Positions 54,227 to 63,865 of a stretch of DNA of 64,000 nt are shown one piece after another. Within the stretch, counting starts at the first letter, position 1, and each line of letters begins with the position of its first letter. The position numbers were made by a program, and so were the translations under genes. Under the pieces are notes generated by a model. That model had not been told where the DNA came from. It did no database searches and saw only the letters and a list, made by a program, of their open reading frames with translations. The stretch comes from Candidatus Saccharimonadales bacterium (GTDB taxonomy: Bacteria; Patescibacteriota; Saccharimonadia; UBA4664; SCTI01), in NCBI GenBank assembly GCA_035479795.1, contig DATIII010000004.1:15668-79667 (forward strand), read 5' to 3'.

Positions 54227-56601
54227 GCCCAACCCTAAATTTAGCTAGCAACCGCTCTCAAAATGCTCGTTATGGAGTATGGTTTACATCTCTAAAACAG
54301 ATGTTTGTTGTAATTATTTCATCAGTCTGCGTCAGTGGTGGAATTATCTTAGAAATAGCCGGATTCAAGGTCGGTTTATCGCTGGTCGGGCTATCAATAA
54401 TTGGTCTTATGCTGTTTTTCTGGCGGCGCTGGCTACTGGAGGCTATGCCGGTATCAAGTTTAACGAAGGCGGCCACCGTCGATGCGGTGATGGAAACGAA
54501 GCTGCTGGGTCAGATCCGGTCGGCTGCCGATTCCGCCGCTATCTGGAAGGCAGCTTTAGCCACCTGGGAGGGGGTGTTTATAGCTCAAAGACTTCTATTG
54601 CCAGCTGAGGTGATTGGAAGCTTACTTACCAGGGTGGATCAAGTAACTCAAATCTGGCAGACGGCTATTGCGCTGCGCGCAGAGCGCCAGCTATCTGAGA
54701 TTGATGGCGGGGTGGTGGTGGCTGCAATTCTCCTTCAGCCTGAGATGAAGGCTTTAAAGGCTGAGATTAAGCTCAGCGATAAAGATATTAACCAGGTACT
54801 GGGGTGGCAACAGGATGCTAAGCAGGCGGTTCGCAGTTTAGAGCGCCAGCCTTATTTCGGGGGCTTGGCTCGGGATTGGGCCAGTGGCTATACGCCGACC
54901 CTGAATCGACTGGCTCACAACCTGAGTCAGTCGATCGAAGAAGGCTATTATCGGCACCTTCCACCTGTTCATGAGGCTGTAGTAGACCAAATGGTTACGC
55001 AATTGTCGGGCAATCGTCCGCGAGTGGCCCTGGTGGGGAGCGTTGGGGTTGGCAAAACTTCGTTGGCCTACGATCTAGCTGAGCGCTTACTCCGTGGAGA
55101 AGGCGGGGCACTACGGTATTACAAAGTAATAGCGCTCGATGCATCTGTACTGGTAACAGCAAAAGGCGATCTGGAAGCCTTATTGCTTCAGATGCTTCAG
55201 GAGGCAGCGGCTGCGCGGAATGTTATTTTGTTTATGGATGAGGCCCAGCTGTTTTTCACGGCCGATGCGGGGGCGGTTAATCTGAGCAATCTTCTGCTTA
55301 ACGCCTTGCAGCAGACCAACATCAAGCTGGTTTTGGCCTTTAATAACAATGCCTGGCAGAGCTTTGCGGCGGCTAACCCTAGTTTGGCGGGCTTGATGCA
55401 GAAGTTGGTGGTAACTGAGCCAACTAGAGACGGGTCGCTGCGGGTGATGCAAGATGCGGCCATTGGCATCGAGCATTCCACATCCACCATCATTACGTTG
55501 TCGGCTGTCACCGAAGCCTACAGGTTGGCCGAACGCTATCTGCCGGAAGTGGCCTTCCCCGGTAAGGCCATTACCTTGCTGGAGCAAGCAGCCCATCTGC
55601 CAGTGGCCGGCAAGCTGGTCACTGATCTTTCCGTCCAGCAGGCGGTTGAGCAGGTGACGGGTGCCAAGGTGGTGGCGGCCGGCGCACGGGAGCAGAAGCA
55701 GCTATTAGACCTAGAGTCGGCCATTCATGAGCGGATGGTGGATCAGGATCGAGCGGTAAGGGTGGTGGCTGATGCGCTTAGACGATCTCGGGCTGGAGTT
55801 AGCAGCCCAGGAAGACCAGTTGGCAGTTTTCTTTTCCTTGGACCGACCGGCGTAGGCAAGACTGAGCTGGCCAAGAGTCTGGCAGCGGTTTACTTTGGGG
55901 GCGAATCTAACCTGATACGACTTGATATGAGTGAATATCAACAAGCTGCTGATGTCGGCCGCCTGCTGGCTCCCACGCCTCCTCATAGCGTCGGCGCTAG
56001 CTTGGTGTCGGCGATTCGCCAGAGGCCATTCAGCGTCGTGCTCTTGGATGAGATTGAGAAGGCGCATCCGGATATCCTTAACCTACTCCTCCAGATTCTT
56101 GACGAGGGCAACTTAACTGATAGCGACGATCGCCAAGTCTCATTTAAGGAAGCCATTGTGATCGCCACCTCCAATGCTGGGGCCAATGAGATTGTTCAGC
56201 ACATTGAATCGGGTGATAGCCCAGCGGCCTTCGAGAAGCAGGTGGTAGATGGACTGCTCAAAGGAGGCCCATTTAGGCCGGAGCTCCTCAACCGCTTTGA
56301 TGAGATAGTTATGTTCCAGCCACTGGGCCAGAAGGAACTGCGCCAGATCGTGGACCTGATGATAGTCCAGGTTAACGCCAACCTGGAATCTCAAGGCATC
56401 TCGGTTGAGTTAGATGCTACCGCCGTGGAGTTTCTGCTGGCCCATGGTTATGATCCACGCCTAGGGGCCCGCCCGATGCGTCGCGCCATCCAGGCCGGTG
56501 TTGAAAATGTGGTGGCTAGGCGAATTCTGTCCGGTAGCGTTAGCCCCGGCACCAAGTTGGCCTTGAGCGCCGCAGACCTCCAGAACGAGCAAGCTAACTA
56601 G
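54223..56601 (+). CDS. Membrane-anchored ClpA/B-family double AAA+ ATPase
   Basis: N-terminal TMs; GSVGVGKT/MDE and GPTGVGKT/LDEIEK; RLDMSEY, FRPELLNRFDE, GARPMRR. Confidence 0.9.
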   Translation: MSPTLNLASNRSQNARYGVWFTSLKQMFVVIISSVCVSGGIILEIAGFKVGLSLVGLSIIGLMLFFWRRWLLEAMPVSSLTKAATVDAVMETKLLGQIRSAADSAAIWKAALATWEGVFIAQRLLLPAEVIGSLLTRVDQVTQIWQTAIALRAERQLSEIDGGVVVAAILLQPEMKALKAEIKLSDKDINQVLGWQQDAKQAVRSLERQPYFGGLARDWASGYTPTLNRLAHNLSQSIEEGYYRHLPPVHEAVVDQMVTQLSGNRPRVALVGSVGVGKTSLAYDLAERLLRGEGGALRYYKVIALDASVLVTAKGDLEALLLQMLQEAAAARNVILFMDEAQLFFTADAGAVNLSNLLLNALQQTNIKLVLAFNNNAWQSFAAANPSLAGLMQKLVVTEPTRDGSLRVMQDAAIGIEHSTSTIITLSAVTEAYRLAERYLPEVAFPGKAITLLEQAAHLPVAGKLVTDLSVQQAVEQVTGAKVVAAGAREQKQLLDLESAIHERMVDQDRAVRVVADALRRSRAGVSSPGRPVGSFLFLGPTGVGKTELAKSLAAVYFGGESNLIRLDMSEYQQAADVGRLLAPTPPHSVGASLVSAIRQRPFSVVLLDEIEKAHPDILNLLLQILDEGNLTDSDDRQVSFKEAIVIATSNAGANEIVQHIESGDSPAAFEKQVVDGLLKGGPFRPELLNRFDEIVMFQPLGQKELRQIVDLMIVQVNANLESQGISVELDATAVEFLLAHGYDPRLGARPMRRAIQAGVENVVARRILSGSVSPGTKLALSAADLQNEQAN

Positions 56602-56827
56602 CCACTTACGCCCGCATATGAACGTTTTGGATTTTAAAATCAGCCTAAATTTTCATGTCGAAAGGGCACCCAAAATGCTTTGAAATATTAGTGGCCATGG
56701 CGCTCGAATTCATACATTAAATTAGGACATTACTTGTCCGCTTTAGGCCTAATGGCTTCTCAAAATGACCGTTTATTATAAAAGCCAATACCAAGTTTCG
56801 ATTGAAAGCCAGTAAATTTACAGAATA

Positions 56828-56857
56828 AAAATAACGGCTTGGGAAAGCCGTTATTTT
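56828..56857. terminator. Terminator hairpin
   Basis: aaaataacggctt-ggga-aagccgttatttt. Confidence 0.75.
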
Positions 56858-57074
56858 CTTGTGTTTGGGTGGGTTTTTGTTTTGAGTACCTTTTTTGTTC
56901 AAGTACCTAAATACAGATTAACTTACCCCTAAAACGACTGTCAATACATTTTTTTAAAAAAAGTTTCAGGTGCACTCACTTTTTTTAAAAACTGAGTGCT
57001 TGTATTGGCGAAATATGAAAGCTAAACTGGCGCCATAACTGTGCGCCATAGGCCGCTATAACGGAGTCAAAAAA

Positions 57075-57713
57075 GTGACTATTACAAAGTACCCGCAATC
57101 GTGTCTCAAAATTGAAAAAGACGGCCGAACCTTGCTCGTCGACGTTGGCACACTAGCCACGGCCGAGTTTGGCCTAAAAGACTTTGGACATTTTGATGCC
57201 GTGCTCTTTACACACAGCCACCCCGACCACTTCGATCCAAAATTTTTGCCTCAATTAATTAAGGCTGGTGCGACTCTTTATGGTAACGGGGATGTGGCGG
57301 CCAGGGCGGACGGCTCCAAGGTGGAGCTGGTCGATGACAATGAGGAGTTAGTAGTGGCTGGTTTTAAGATTAAGGCTCATCCGATGGAGCACTGCCTAAT
57401 GACCGATGGCTCGCCAGCAGGCATCCCTAATACCGGTTATCTGCTTGACGACCATTTGCTTTTACCAGGTGACAGCACCGAGGACGTTGGCATCAAGGCC
57501 AAGGTGGTGGCCATTCCCATCTTTGGGCCAGATATCAGTCCCCATGACGCCTTTAAGCAGTCTACGGATACCGAAGCGGAGATAGTGATTCCAGTTCACT
57601 ATGATGTTGCCCAGATTAATCCAGATGTATTTAAGATCTTTGCTGGTCTCGGATCTGAGAGTCTTAAGGCGAAGATTCACACTTTAGAGAACGGCGAATC
57701 TATCCAGGTGTAA
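57075..57713 (+). CDS. MBL-fold metallo-hydrolase
   Basis: THSHPDH, EH, PGD, IPVHY. Confidence 0.9.
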   Translation: MTITKYPQSCLKIEKDGRTLLVDVGTLATAEFGLKDFGHFDAVLFTHSHPDHFDPKFLPQLIKAGATLYGNGDVAARADGSKVELVDDNEELVVAGFKIKAHPMEHCLMTDGSPAGIPNTGYLLDDHLLLPGDSTEDVGIKAKVVAIPIFGPDISPHDAFKQSTDTEAEIVIPVHYDVAQINPDVFKIFAGLGSESLKAKIHTLENGESIQV

Positions 57714-58143
57714 CTTCGCGGGCCGCCTCGCGCTCCTGCGTCCGCCGTTTAATGGTTTCGCGTTTGTCATAATGCTTTTTACCCCGCCCCAAGCCGATCT
57801 CCAATTTCACCAGCCCGCGCTCCTCGAGTAGGGCTAGGGGTACTATCTGTAAACCGCTTTGTTTGCGACCAATTAGTTCGCCCAGTTGTTTGCGGTGCAG
57901 TAGCAATTTACGGCTGCGTGTTGGGTCCAATCGACTCTGGTTACCTGCCGCGTTGTAGGGGGTGAAGTGAGCGTTTGTCAGCCAAGCTTCGCCTCCGGAA
58001 ATGTTTACAAAGCTGCCCTTGAGACTAACCTGCCCCAATTTAGCGCTTTTAACTTCGGCTCCGGACAACACCAACCCAGCTACCAGTTTGTCGTCAATCT
58101 GGTAGTCGAAGTTGGCGCGGCGGTTGCGGGCTAATACTTTCAT
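57700..58143 (-). CDS. smpB: SsrA-binding protein SmpB
   Basis: NRRANFDY, AGLVLSGAEVKS, RKLLLH, GKKHYDKR. Confidence 0.97.
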   Translation of the reverse strand: MKVLARNRRANFDYQIDDKLVAGLVLSGAEVKSAKLGQVSLKGSFVNISGGEAWLTNAHFTPYNAAGNQSRLDPTRSRKLLLHRKQLGELIGRKQSGLQIVPLALLEERGLVKLEIGLGRGKKHYDKRETIKRRTQEREAAREVTPG

Positions 58144-58189
58144 ACCAGGCATTATACAAAGCCTCGGGGCTAACTGATATAATGTGGTT

Positions 58190-59812
58190 ATGATTTTGAG
58201 TCACATATCTAAATTTGTGGCCCAAACTATTGAGCGGGAGTACGGTATCACCGACGTAGAGCCGGCTATAAGCTATCCGGACCCGCGGTTTGGGGATTAT
58301 GCCACTAATGTGGCGTTTAGTCTTTCTGGACGCCTGAAAAAGCCCCCACAAGAAATTGCGGAGCACTTGGCTGGTATGATCAAGGATGAAATAATCCTAT
58401 CGGCCAAGGCTGACCGGGGATTTATTAACCTTCGGATGCAGCCTCTATTCTGGATTGAGCGCCTAACTGAGATCAATAAGTCCTTTGGCGCTACCCACCA
58501 GGGCAACGGGAAGAAGTTGCAGGTAGAGTTTATCTCGGCCAATCCTACGGGGCCGCTGACCCTAGGTAATGCCCGTGGCGGCTATGTCGGTGATGTCCTG
58601 GCCCGGGTGCTCCAGCATGCTGAATATGATGTAACCAAAGAGTACTATTTTAACGACGCTGGTACCCAGATACGAATTCTGGTTGAATCAGTCCGCGCCG
58701 CTGCTGGTTTAGTGCCGGTCGAGGAGAGTCATTACCCTGGCGCATATATTAAAGAACTGGCCGAGAAGTATCGTAGCGACCTAGATACTAAGAGCTATGA
58801 CGAACTGGCCGCCATGCTGACCGAAGATATCTTCGAGCATCAGGTGAAACCAGCCATTGATCAGATGGGTATTATTTACAACGAATGGTTCAATGAGCGC
58901 CAATTAATCACCAGTGGAGAGTTTGATGAGACGATTAAGCTGCTTCAAAGTCATAAGCTGACATACGAAAAGGACGGAGCGCTTTGGCTGGCCAGTGAAC
59001 AGCTTGGTGATGAGCGCGACCGAGTGCTGCGTAAGTCCAATGGGGATGTAACCTATCTTGGTACAGACATTGCCTACCATCACAACATCTTTATAAAACG
59101 TGACTTTGATGAGGCGATTAAGATTTGGGGCGCCGATCATGCCGGACAGGTGCCTTCACTTAATCTCACTATGGACAAGTTAACACCTGGAAAGAAGCTT
59201 AACTTCCTAATCTTGCAGTGGGTGCGCCTAATGAGGGGCGGTAAAGAGGTTAAAATGAGCAAGCGAGCCGGCACCTATGTGACAGTCAGTGATTTGCTGG
59301 CAGAGGTCGATTCGGATGTTGCCCGATTCTTTTTCCTGATGCGCTCAGCTGATAGTCATATGGATTTTGACCTCGATTTAGCCAAAGAGCGCAGTCAGAA
59401 GAACCCGCTGTATTACGTAATGTACTCCTATGCCCGGGCCCATTCGATTCTGCGACAAGCCCAGGATCGCAAACTGGCACCGGTCAGTACGGTCAGCGAG
59501 CTAACTGATCATGAACTGGCGGTGGTTCGCCAGATGGCAATGCTCCCAGAGCTAATTGCTGAGATTGTCAGCAATTACCAGGTCCATAAGTTAGCTTTCT
59601 ATGGCATTGAAACGGCTCGGGCCTTCCATGACCTCTATGAGTCCGAGCGCATTATTGACCTGGATAAGTCGGTGGCCAGCAAACGGCTCTACTTGATCCA
59701 GCAATACGTGGTGTTTATGGAGGTCTATTTCCAGCTGATGGGTATCACACCTATTAGCCGCATGGATCGTGAAGATGAGTCTCGGGGGAGCAATGGATCT
59801 AAGCGGACTTAA
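58190..59812 (+). CDS. argS: Arginine--tRNA ligase
   Basis: FGDYATN, EFISANPTGPL, YYFNDAG, DIAYH, WGADH, KMSKRAG, YSYAR. Confidence 0.97.
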   Translation: MILSHISKFVAQTIEREYGITDVEPAISYPDPRFGDYATNVAFSLSGRLKKPPQEIAEHLAGMIKDEIILSAKADRGFINLRMQPLFWIERLTEINKSFGATHQGNGKKLQVEFISANPTGPLTLGNARGGYVGDVLARVLQHAEYDVTKEYYFNDAGTQIRILVESVRAAAGLVPVEESHYPGAYIKELAEKYRSDLDTKSYDELAAMLTEDIFEHQVKPAIDQMGIIYNEWFNERQLITSGEFDETIKLLQSHKLTYEKDGALWLASEQLGDERDRVLRKSNGDVTYLGTDIAYHHNIFIKRDFDEAIKIWGADHAGQVPSLNLTMDKLTPGKKLNFLILQWVRLMRGGKEVKMSKRAGTYVTVSDLLAEVDSDVARFFFLMRSADSHMDFDLDLAKERSQKNPLYYVMYSYARAHSILRQAQDRKLAPVSTVSELTDHELAVVRQMAMLPELIAEIVSNYQVHKLAFYGIETARAFHDLYESERIIDLDKSVASKRLYLIQQYVVFMEVYFQLMGITPISRMDREDESRGSNGSKRT

Positions 59813-62645
59813 CCCAGCCCAAAAGCAGGTTGTTGAACATGGAAGCGGACCAGTCCTGGTGGTAGCCGGAGCTGGTACCGGTAAAACTCATGTTCTGACA
59901 ATGCGAGTAGCTTATCTGGCAATCGAGCGGAAAGTCCCGGTGGATCAGATTCTGGCCCTGACCTTTACCGATAAGGCGGCTCGAGAGATGGAAGAACGGG
60001 TCGATAAGCTCTTGCCCTACGGCATGTTAGAAACGCGTATAATGACCTTTCACTCCTTTGGCGAGAGAATTTTGAAGGAGTTTGGGCATGACCTTGGGCT
60101 GCCTATCAACATGAATTTGATGTCAAAAGCGCAACAAATGGTGTTTTTAAGGCAGAATCTCGATAATTTAGAACTAGATTACTATGCTCCGATAGGTGAC
60201 CCCGCCAGTTATCTAGGCAGTCTGGCTAGCTATTTCTCACGTTTGAGCGATGAGTTGGTAAGTGAGTCAAAATATGACGAATTTATCAAGAAGCTAAAGA
60301 ATCATTCTCAGGATGAGGCCGATGAGGTCGACAGCAGCCGCCATCAGGAATTGCTGCGCGCCTACCGCCATTATCGGCGACTCAAGAGCGAGGCTGGGCT
60401 GGTGGATTATGACGATCTAATCAGCTTGGTTGTTGAGCTATTTGATCAAAAACCCAATGTCTTGCGCGAAGTGCAGCAGTCGATAGAGCATATCTTGGTG
60501 GATGAATTTCAGGACACCAACCGATCGCAGAATCGATTGCTACAACAGCTGGCTGGGCCCAAGGGCAACCTGATGGTGGTAGGCGATGACGATCAAAGCA
60601 TTTATCGTTTTCGAGGCGCTGCTGTTGCTAATATTTTGGAGTTCACCGATTTCTATCAGGATGTCACAACCATCGTGCTAACCGAAAATTATCGTAGCTC
60701 ACAACAGATTCTGGACAATGCCTACCGCTTGATTCAGCACAACAATCCAGATCGCTTAGAGCCTCAGCAACAGATCAATAAGTATCTGACGGCTCGTACC
60801 AGTGGGCCCGAGCCTCAAGTTTGGGTACTGCCGACCTATAGCCTAGAAGCCGATGCTCTGGCCATCGATATTAAGCGACGGCTTGATGAAGGCCAGCCCG
60901 CTTCGAGTATTGCCGTCCTCTTACGTAAAAAAAATCAGGCCGATATACTGGCTCCGGCGCTGCGGCGTCACAATGTTGAGTACCGGTTGGCCGATCAATT
61001 GAGTTTGTTTGAGCATCCCGAAGTTGCCATCTTGCTACAGGTTTTGCAGGTGGTGGTGGATCCACTGGATTCGGGCAGTCTGTATCACGTTATGGTTAGC
61101 AATCTGTTTGGATTTGATTTGTCCTTCCTGATGGAGCAGGCTTCCTTGGCTCGGCGGCGTAACCTGACACTTGAAGCCCAACTGCGTCAATCGGAGCCAG
61201 TCGGGGAGACGGCGGATAGGCTGGATAGCTTCTTTGAACTCTTAGAAGCTTGGCGTCGGCGCTCGAGTGAATTAACGGCTGGACAACTATTGTTCGAGAT
61301 CTGTGAGCGGACCGGCTACATAAATGACTATGTGAAGCGTAGCCAATCTGATGCCGTGGCGGTTTTGGCCGTCCAGAACATTAGCCGATTGTTTGCCTCG
61401 ATTGCCGAATTTGAACGGGTGGCCACCGATAAGTCGGCCATAGGCTGGGGGGCGGTGGCCGAGAGTTTGCGAGAAGCTGGCGAGAGCCCCGAGGCGGTTG
61501 AACAAGAGGTAGCGCCAAGCGAAATTCAGCTAATGACGATTCATAAAGCTAAGGGGCTGGAGTTCGAGACAGTTTACCTGTTTGATCTAATAAAAGGGTC
61601 TTTCCCGGGGAGCAACCGGCGTGAGGCCATCAGTTTACCGTCGGAGCTAGCTGGTGAACTTGGAGTGCAGCCAGGAGAAAGACACCTGCAGGAAGAGAGG
61701 CGGTTGATGTACGTAGCCATGACCCGGGCTAAGACTAACCTGATAATGACTTATTCACCGGATCATGGGGGTAAATTAAGGCGTAAACCATCACCGTTTA
61801 TCGAAGAAGCGCTGGGCCAGCCGGCCCCTGAGCTGATTGAAGAAAATAAGGTAGCTATAATCCAGCAGGAGTTGGAGCTATTTAGACCAACAGGTAGGAA
61901 GGCATCATATAGTGCTCCTGAGCACATATTTTTAACACCCCATCAAATTGATGATTACTTGAGCTGTCCGGCCAACTTCCATTTCCGCCACATCATGAAA
62001 GTTCCTGAACCCCCGGCTCCGGCTTTGATGTACGGCACATTAATCCACGAGGCCATCAACCGTTACTTTCAGATGAGATCTAAAGGTGGTGTGAGTGAGA
62101 AAGACCTGCTGCTTCTAGTTGATAAACTGTGGGCTAGCGATGGCTTTATATCTGTTGGGCAGGAGCAGAAACGCAGGGAGCAGGCAGTTGCTACGATCAA
62201 GGCCTTTATCAAGCGCCAGGACACCCAAAAAGACTTGCCTATCTCTACTGAGCGGTCATTTGAATTCAATATCGATGATATTAATACAACAGTTAGGGGT
62301 CGTATAGATGCTATTTTCCAGGTTGGAGAGAGCATTGAGATCCGTGACTACAAAACCAGCCCCATCGATGACGTAAAGAAGGCCGATGCTAAGGCCAAGG
62401 GCAGCGTGCAGTTAGCGGTGTATGCCCTGGCCTGGCGGCAGATGACAGGAGTTGTTCCAGATCGTACCGTACTGGATTATGTGGAAACTGGCGTAGAAGG
62501 GGTTTACCAGCCGGCGGCCGGTGATCTGGAGCATACTCTTAAGCAGATCAGGCAGGTTGCTGCGGGCATTAGGTCCGGTAGCTTCCAGCCCAGCGGTAAT
62601 TGTTTCTACTGTTCGCATCCTAAGGAGGTGAAGGTTGCGGCGTGA
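59793..62645 (+). CDS. UvrD/PcrA-family helicase fused to a C-terminal PD-(D/E)XK nuclease (AdnA/AddA-like)
   Basis: AGAGTGKT, VDEFQD, VGDDDQSIYRFRGA, ENYRS, TIHKAKGLEF, EERRLMYVAMTRA; GRID..IRDYKT, QLAVYA, CFYC. Confidence 0.93.
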   Translation: MDLSGLNPAQKQVVEHGSGPVLVVAGAGTGKTHVLTMRVAYLAIERKVPVDQILALTFTDKAAREMEERVDKLLPYGMLETRIMTFHSFGERILKEFGHDLGLPINMNLMSKAQQMVFLRQNLDNLELDYYAPIGDPASYLGSLASYFSRLSDELVSESKYDEFIKKLKNHSQDEADEVDSSRHQELLRAYRHYRRLKSEAGLVDYDDLISLVVELFDQKPNVLREVQQSIEHILVDEFQDTNRSQNRLLQQLAGPKGNLMVVGDDDQSIYRFRGAAVANILEFTDFYQDVTTIVLTENYRSSQQILDNAYRLIQHNNPDRLEPQQQINKYLTARTSGPEPQVWVLPTYSLEADALAIDIKRRLDEGQPASSIAVLLRKKNQADILAPALRRHNVEYRLADQLSLFEHPEVAILLQVLQVVVDPLDSGSLYHVMVSNLFGFDLSFLMEQASLARRRNLTLEAQLRQSEPVGETADRLDSFFELLEAWRRRSSELTAGQLLFEICERTGYINDYVKRSQSDAVAVLAVQNISRLFASIAEFERVATDKSAIGWGAVAESLREAGESPEAVEQEVAPSEIQLMTIHKAKGLEFETVYLFDLIKGSFPGSNRREAISLPSELAGELGVQPGERHLQEERRLMYVAMTRAKTNLIMTYSPDHGGKLRRKPSPFIEEALGQPAPELIEENKVAIIQQELELFRPTGRKASYSAPEHIFLTPHQIDDYLSCPANFHFRHIMKVPEPPAPALMYGTLIHEAINRYFQMRSKGGVSEKDLLLLVDKLWASDGFISVGQEQKRREQAVATIKAFIKRQDTQKDLPISTERSFEFNIDDINTTVRGRIDAIFQVGESIEIRDYKTSPIDDVKKADAKAKGSVQLAVYALAWRQMTGVVPDRTVLDYVETGVEGVYQPAAGDLEHTLKQIRQVAAGIRSGSFQPSGNCFYCSHPKEVKVAA

Positions 62646-63102
62646 TGAGCTTTGGCTGCAGCAACTACTCGATGATACCTGGGATAAATACTTCTCGGAT
62701 GTACCGCAAAGTAATACCGTAAAAATTGTGTTCGGTAAGCGGGCTAAACGTCAGCTGGGCTCGATTCGTCTGGATCGCCAAGAGCGCAGCGTCACCATTA
62801 TCACTATGAATGGGCTGTTTCGTGATCCGGAAATCCCGGAGTTTATAGCCTTGGCGACATTGGTTCACGAGCTGACCCACTATGCCCACGGCTTTAGCTC
62901 GCCCCTGCAGCAGAAGCACAGCCACCCTCATGCCGGAGGAGTTATCCGCGCCGAATATCGGGAGCGTGGGCTGGAGGATTTGTACTTGCAGCAACGCAAA
63001 TGGCTGAAGGAAAATTGGCCTTACATCTTAAAAAAGCACTTTCCACCTAAACTTAAAGCGGTTTCTCGCCGGAGCATTCCCAAGCCATTTTGGTTTGTGT
63101 GA
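62635..63102 (+). CDS. SprT-like zinc metalloprotease
   Basis: LGSI...HELTH...HPH. Confidence 0.75.
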   Translation: MRRDELWLQQLLDDTWDKYFSDVPQSNTVKIVFGKRAKRQLGSIRLDRQERSVTIITMNGLFRDPEIPEFIALATLVHELTHYAHGFSSPLQQKHSHPHAGGVIRAEYRERGLEDLYLQQRKWLKENWPYILKKHFPPKLKAVSRRSIPKPFWFV

Positions 63103-63144
63103 TCTGGAACTCCAATCCAAAATAGGCTAGTATCAATCTGTTGT

Positions 63145-63221
63145 CGGGGTGTGGCGCAGTTGGCTAGCGCGCAGCATTCGGGTTGCTGAGGTCGGAGGTT
63201 CAAGTCCTCTCACCCCGACCA
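63145..63221 (+). tRNA. tRNA-Pro(CGG)
   Basis: cggggtgtggcgcagttgg...tt-cgg-gt...ggttcaagtcc...caccccgacca. Confidence 0.96.
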
Positions 63222-63277
63222 TGGAATCATCTGAGCCCCCTTCCGAAATCGGCAGGGGGCTCATTGGTCGCTCAGTA

Positions 63278-63487
63278 TTAGAGCAACCATGACAAGGTGT
63301 CCTGGTGACACAGCAAGGGGATGGAGGGCAGGTCTGGAGGCTTGGCCGGTGCTTCCTTTGGCGTCGGTATTGGTAGACCGACCTGATCGCCCACCCGGAC
63401 CCATGGTCCGTCCGACTCGTTGTAGCCACTAAGTGGCTTATGGCCCTCGCTTTGAGCTAGTCGGCGGAAGATGAAGTGCTCAGGCAT
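63278..63487 (-). CDS. Small Pro-rich hypothetical protein
   Basis: ATG overlaps the upstream stop; followed by hairpin 63232-63263; weak support. Confidence 0.35.
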   Translation of the reverse strand: MPEHFIFRRLAQSEGHKPLSGYNESDGPWVRVGDQVGLPIPTPKEAPAKPPDLPSIPLLCHQDTLSWLL

Positions 63488-63740
63488 TGAGATCGATCGC
63501 GGTTGAGTCTTCGGCGCCGGTGCGGTTGTCACCGCGATCGCTGCGTCGGCCAGATGACTTGGGGCGATTGCCAGACTTGCTCGTCTTGCTGGATCCGTTG
63601 TGAACTACTACGACTCGACCCCTTTCTTTCCGGACGAGCTCGACGGTGGTCATCTCGCCGCAGCCAGTGCAAGGAAAACCCTTGCGCAGGTTGCGGGCGT
63701 GCTCTCCACATTTGGTACATCCAGGGTAGGCTTTCGCCAT
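63480..63740 (-). CDS. Small Zn-ribbon protein with basic disordered tail
   Basis: CTKCG...CTGCG; upstream TTGACT promoter and aaagg. Confidence 0.55.
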   Translation of the reverse strand: MAKAYPGCTKCGEHARNLRKGFPCTGCGEMTTVELVRKERGRVVVVHNGSSKTSKSGNRPKSSGRRSDRGDNRTGAEDSTAIDLNA

Positions 63741-63865
63741 CCGGGAACCTTTCATAGAGCGTGCAGGACGGGGAGAATTTAACATTTTACAGATGTAAAG
63801 TCAATGAACTAGGTACCAAATTAGCATGCTAGCATCGGTAGTTTGAGTTAAGGTACAATACGGCT

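Noticed and set aside
56602-57074. Replication origin suggested by the AT-rich gap
   Set aside because: No TTATCCACA-type DnaA box cluster seen and no dnaA/dnaN nearby.
29822-63221. 33-kb genomic island bounded by the two similar tRNA-Pro sequences
   Set aside because: Both are complete tRNAs with different anticodons (GGG, CGG), and the interval holds essential housekeeping genes.
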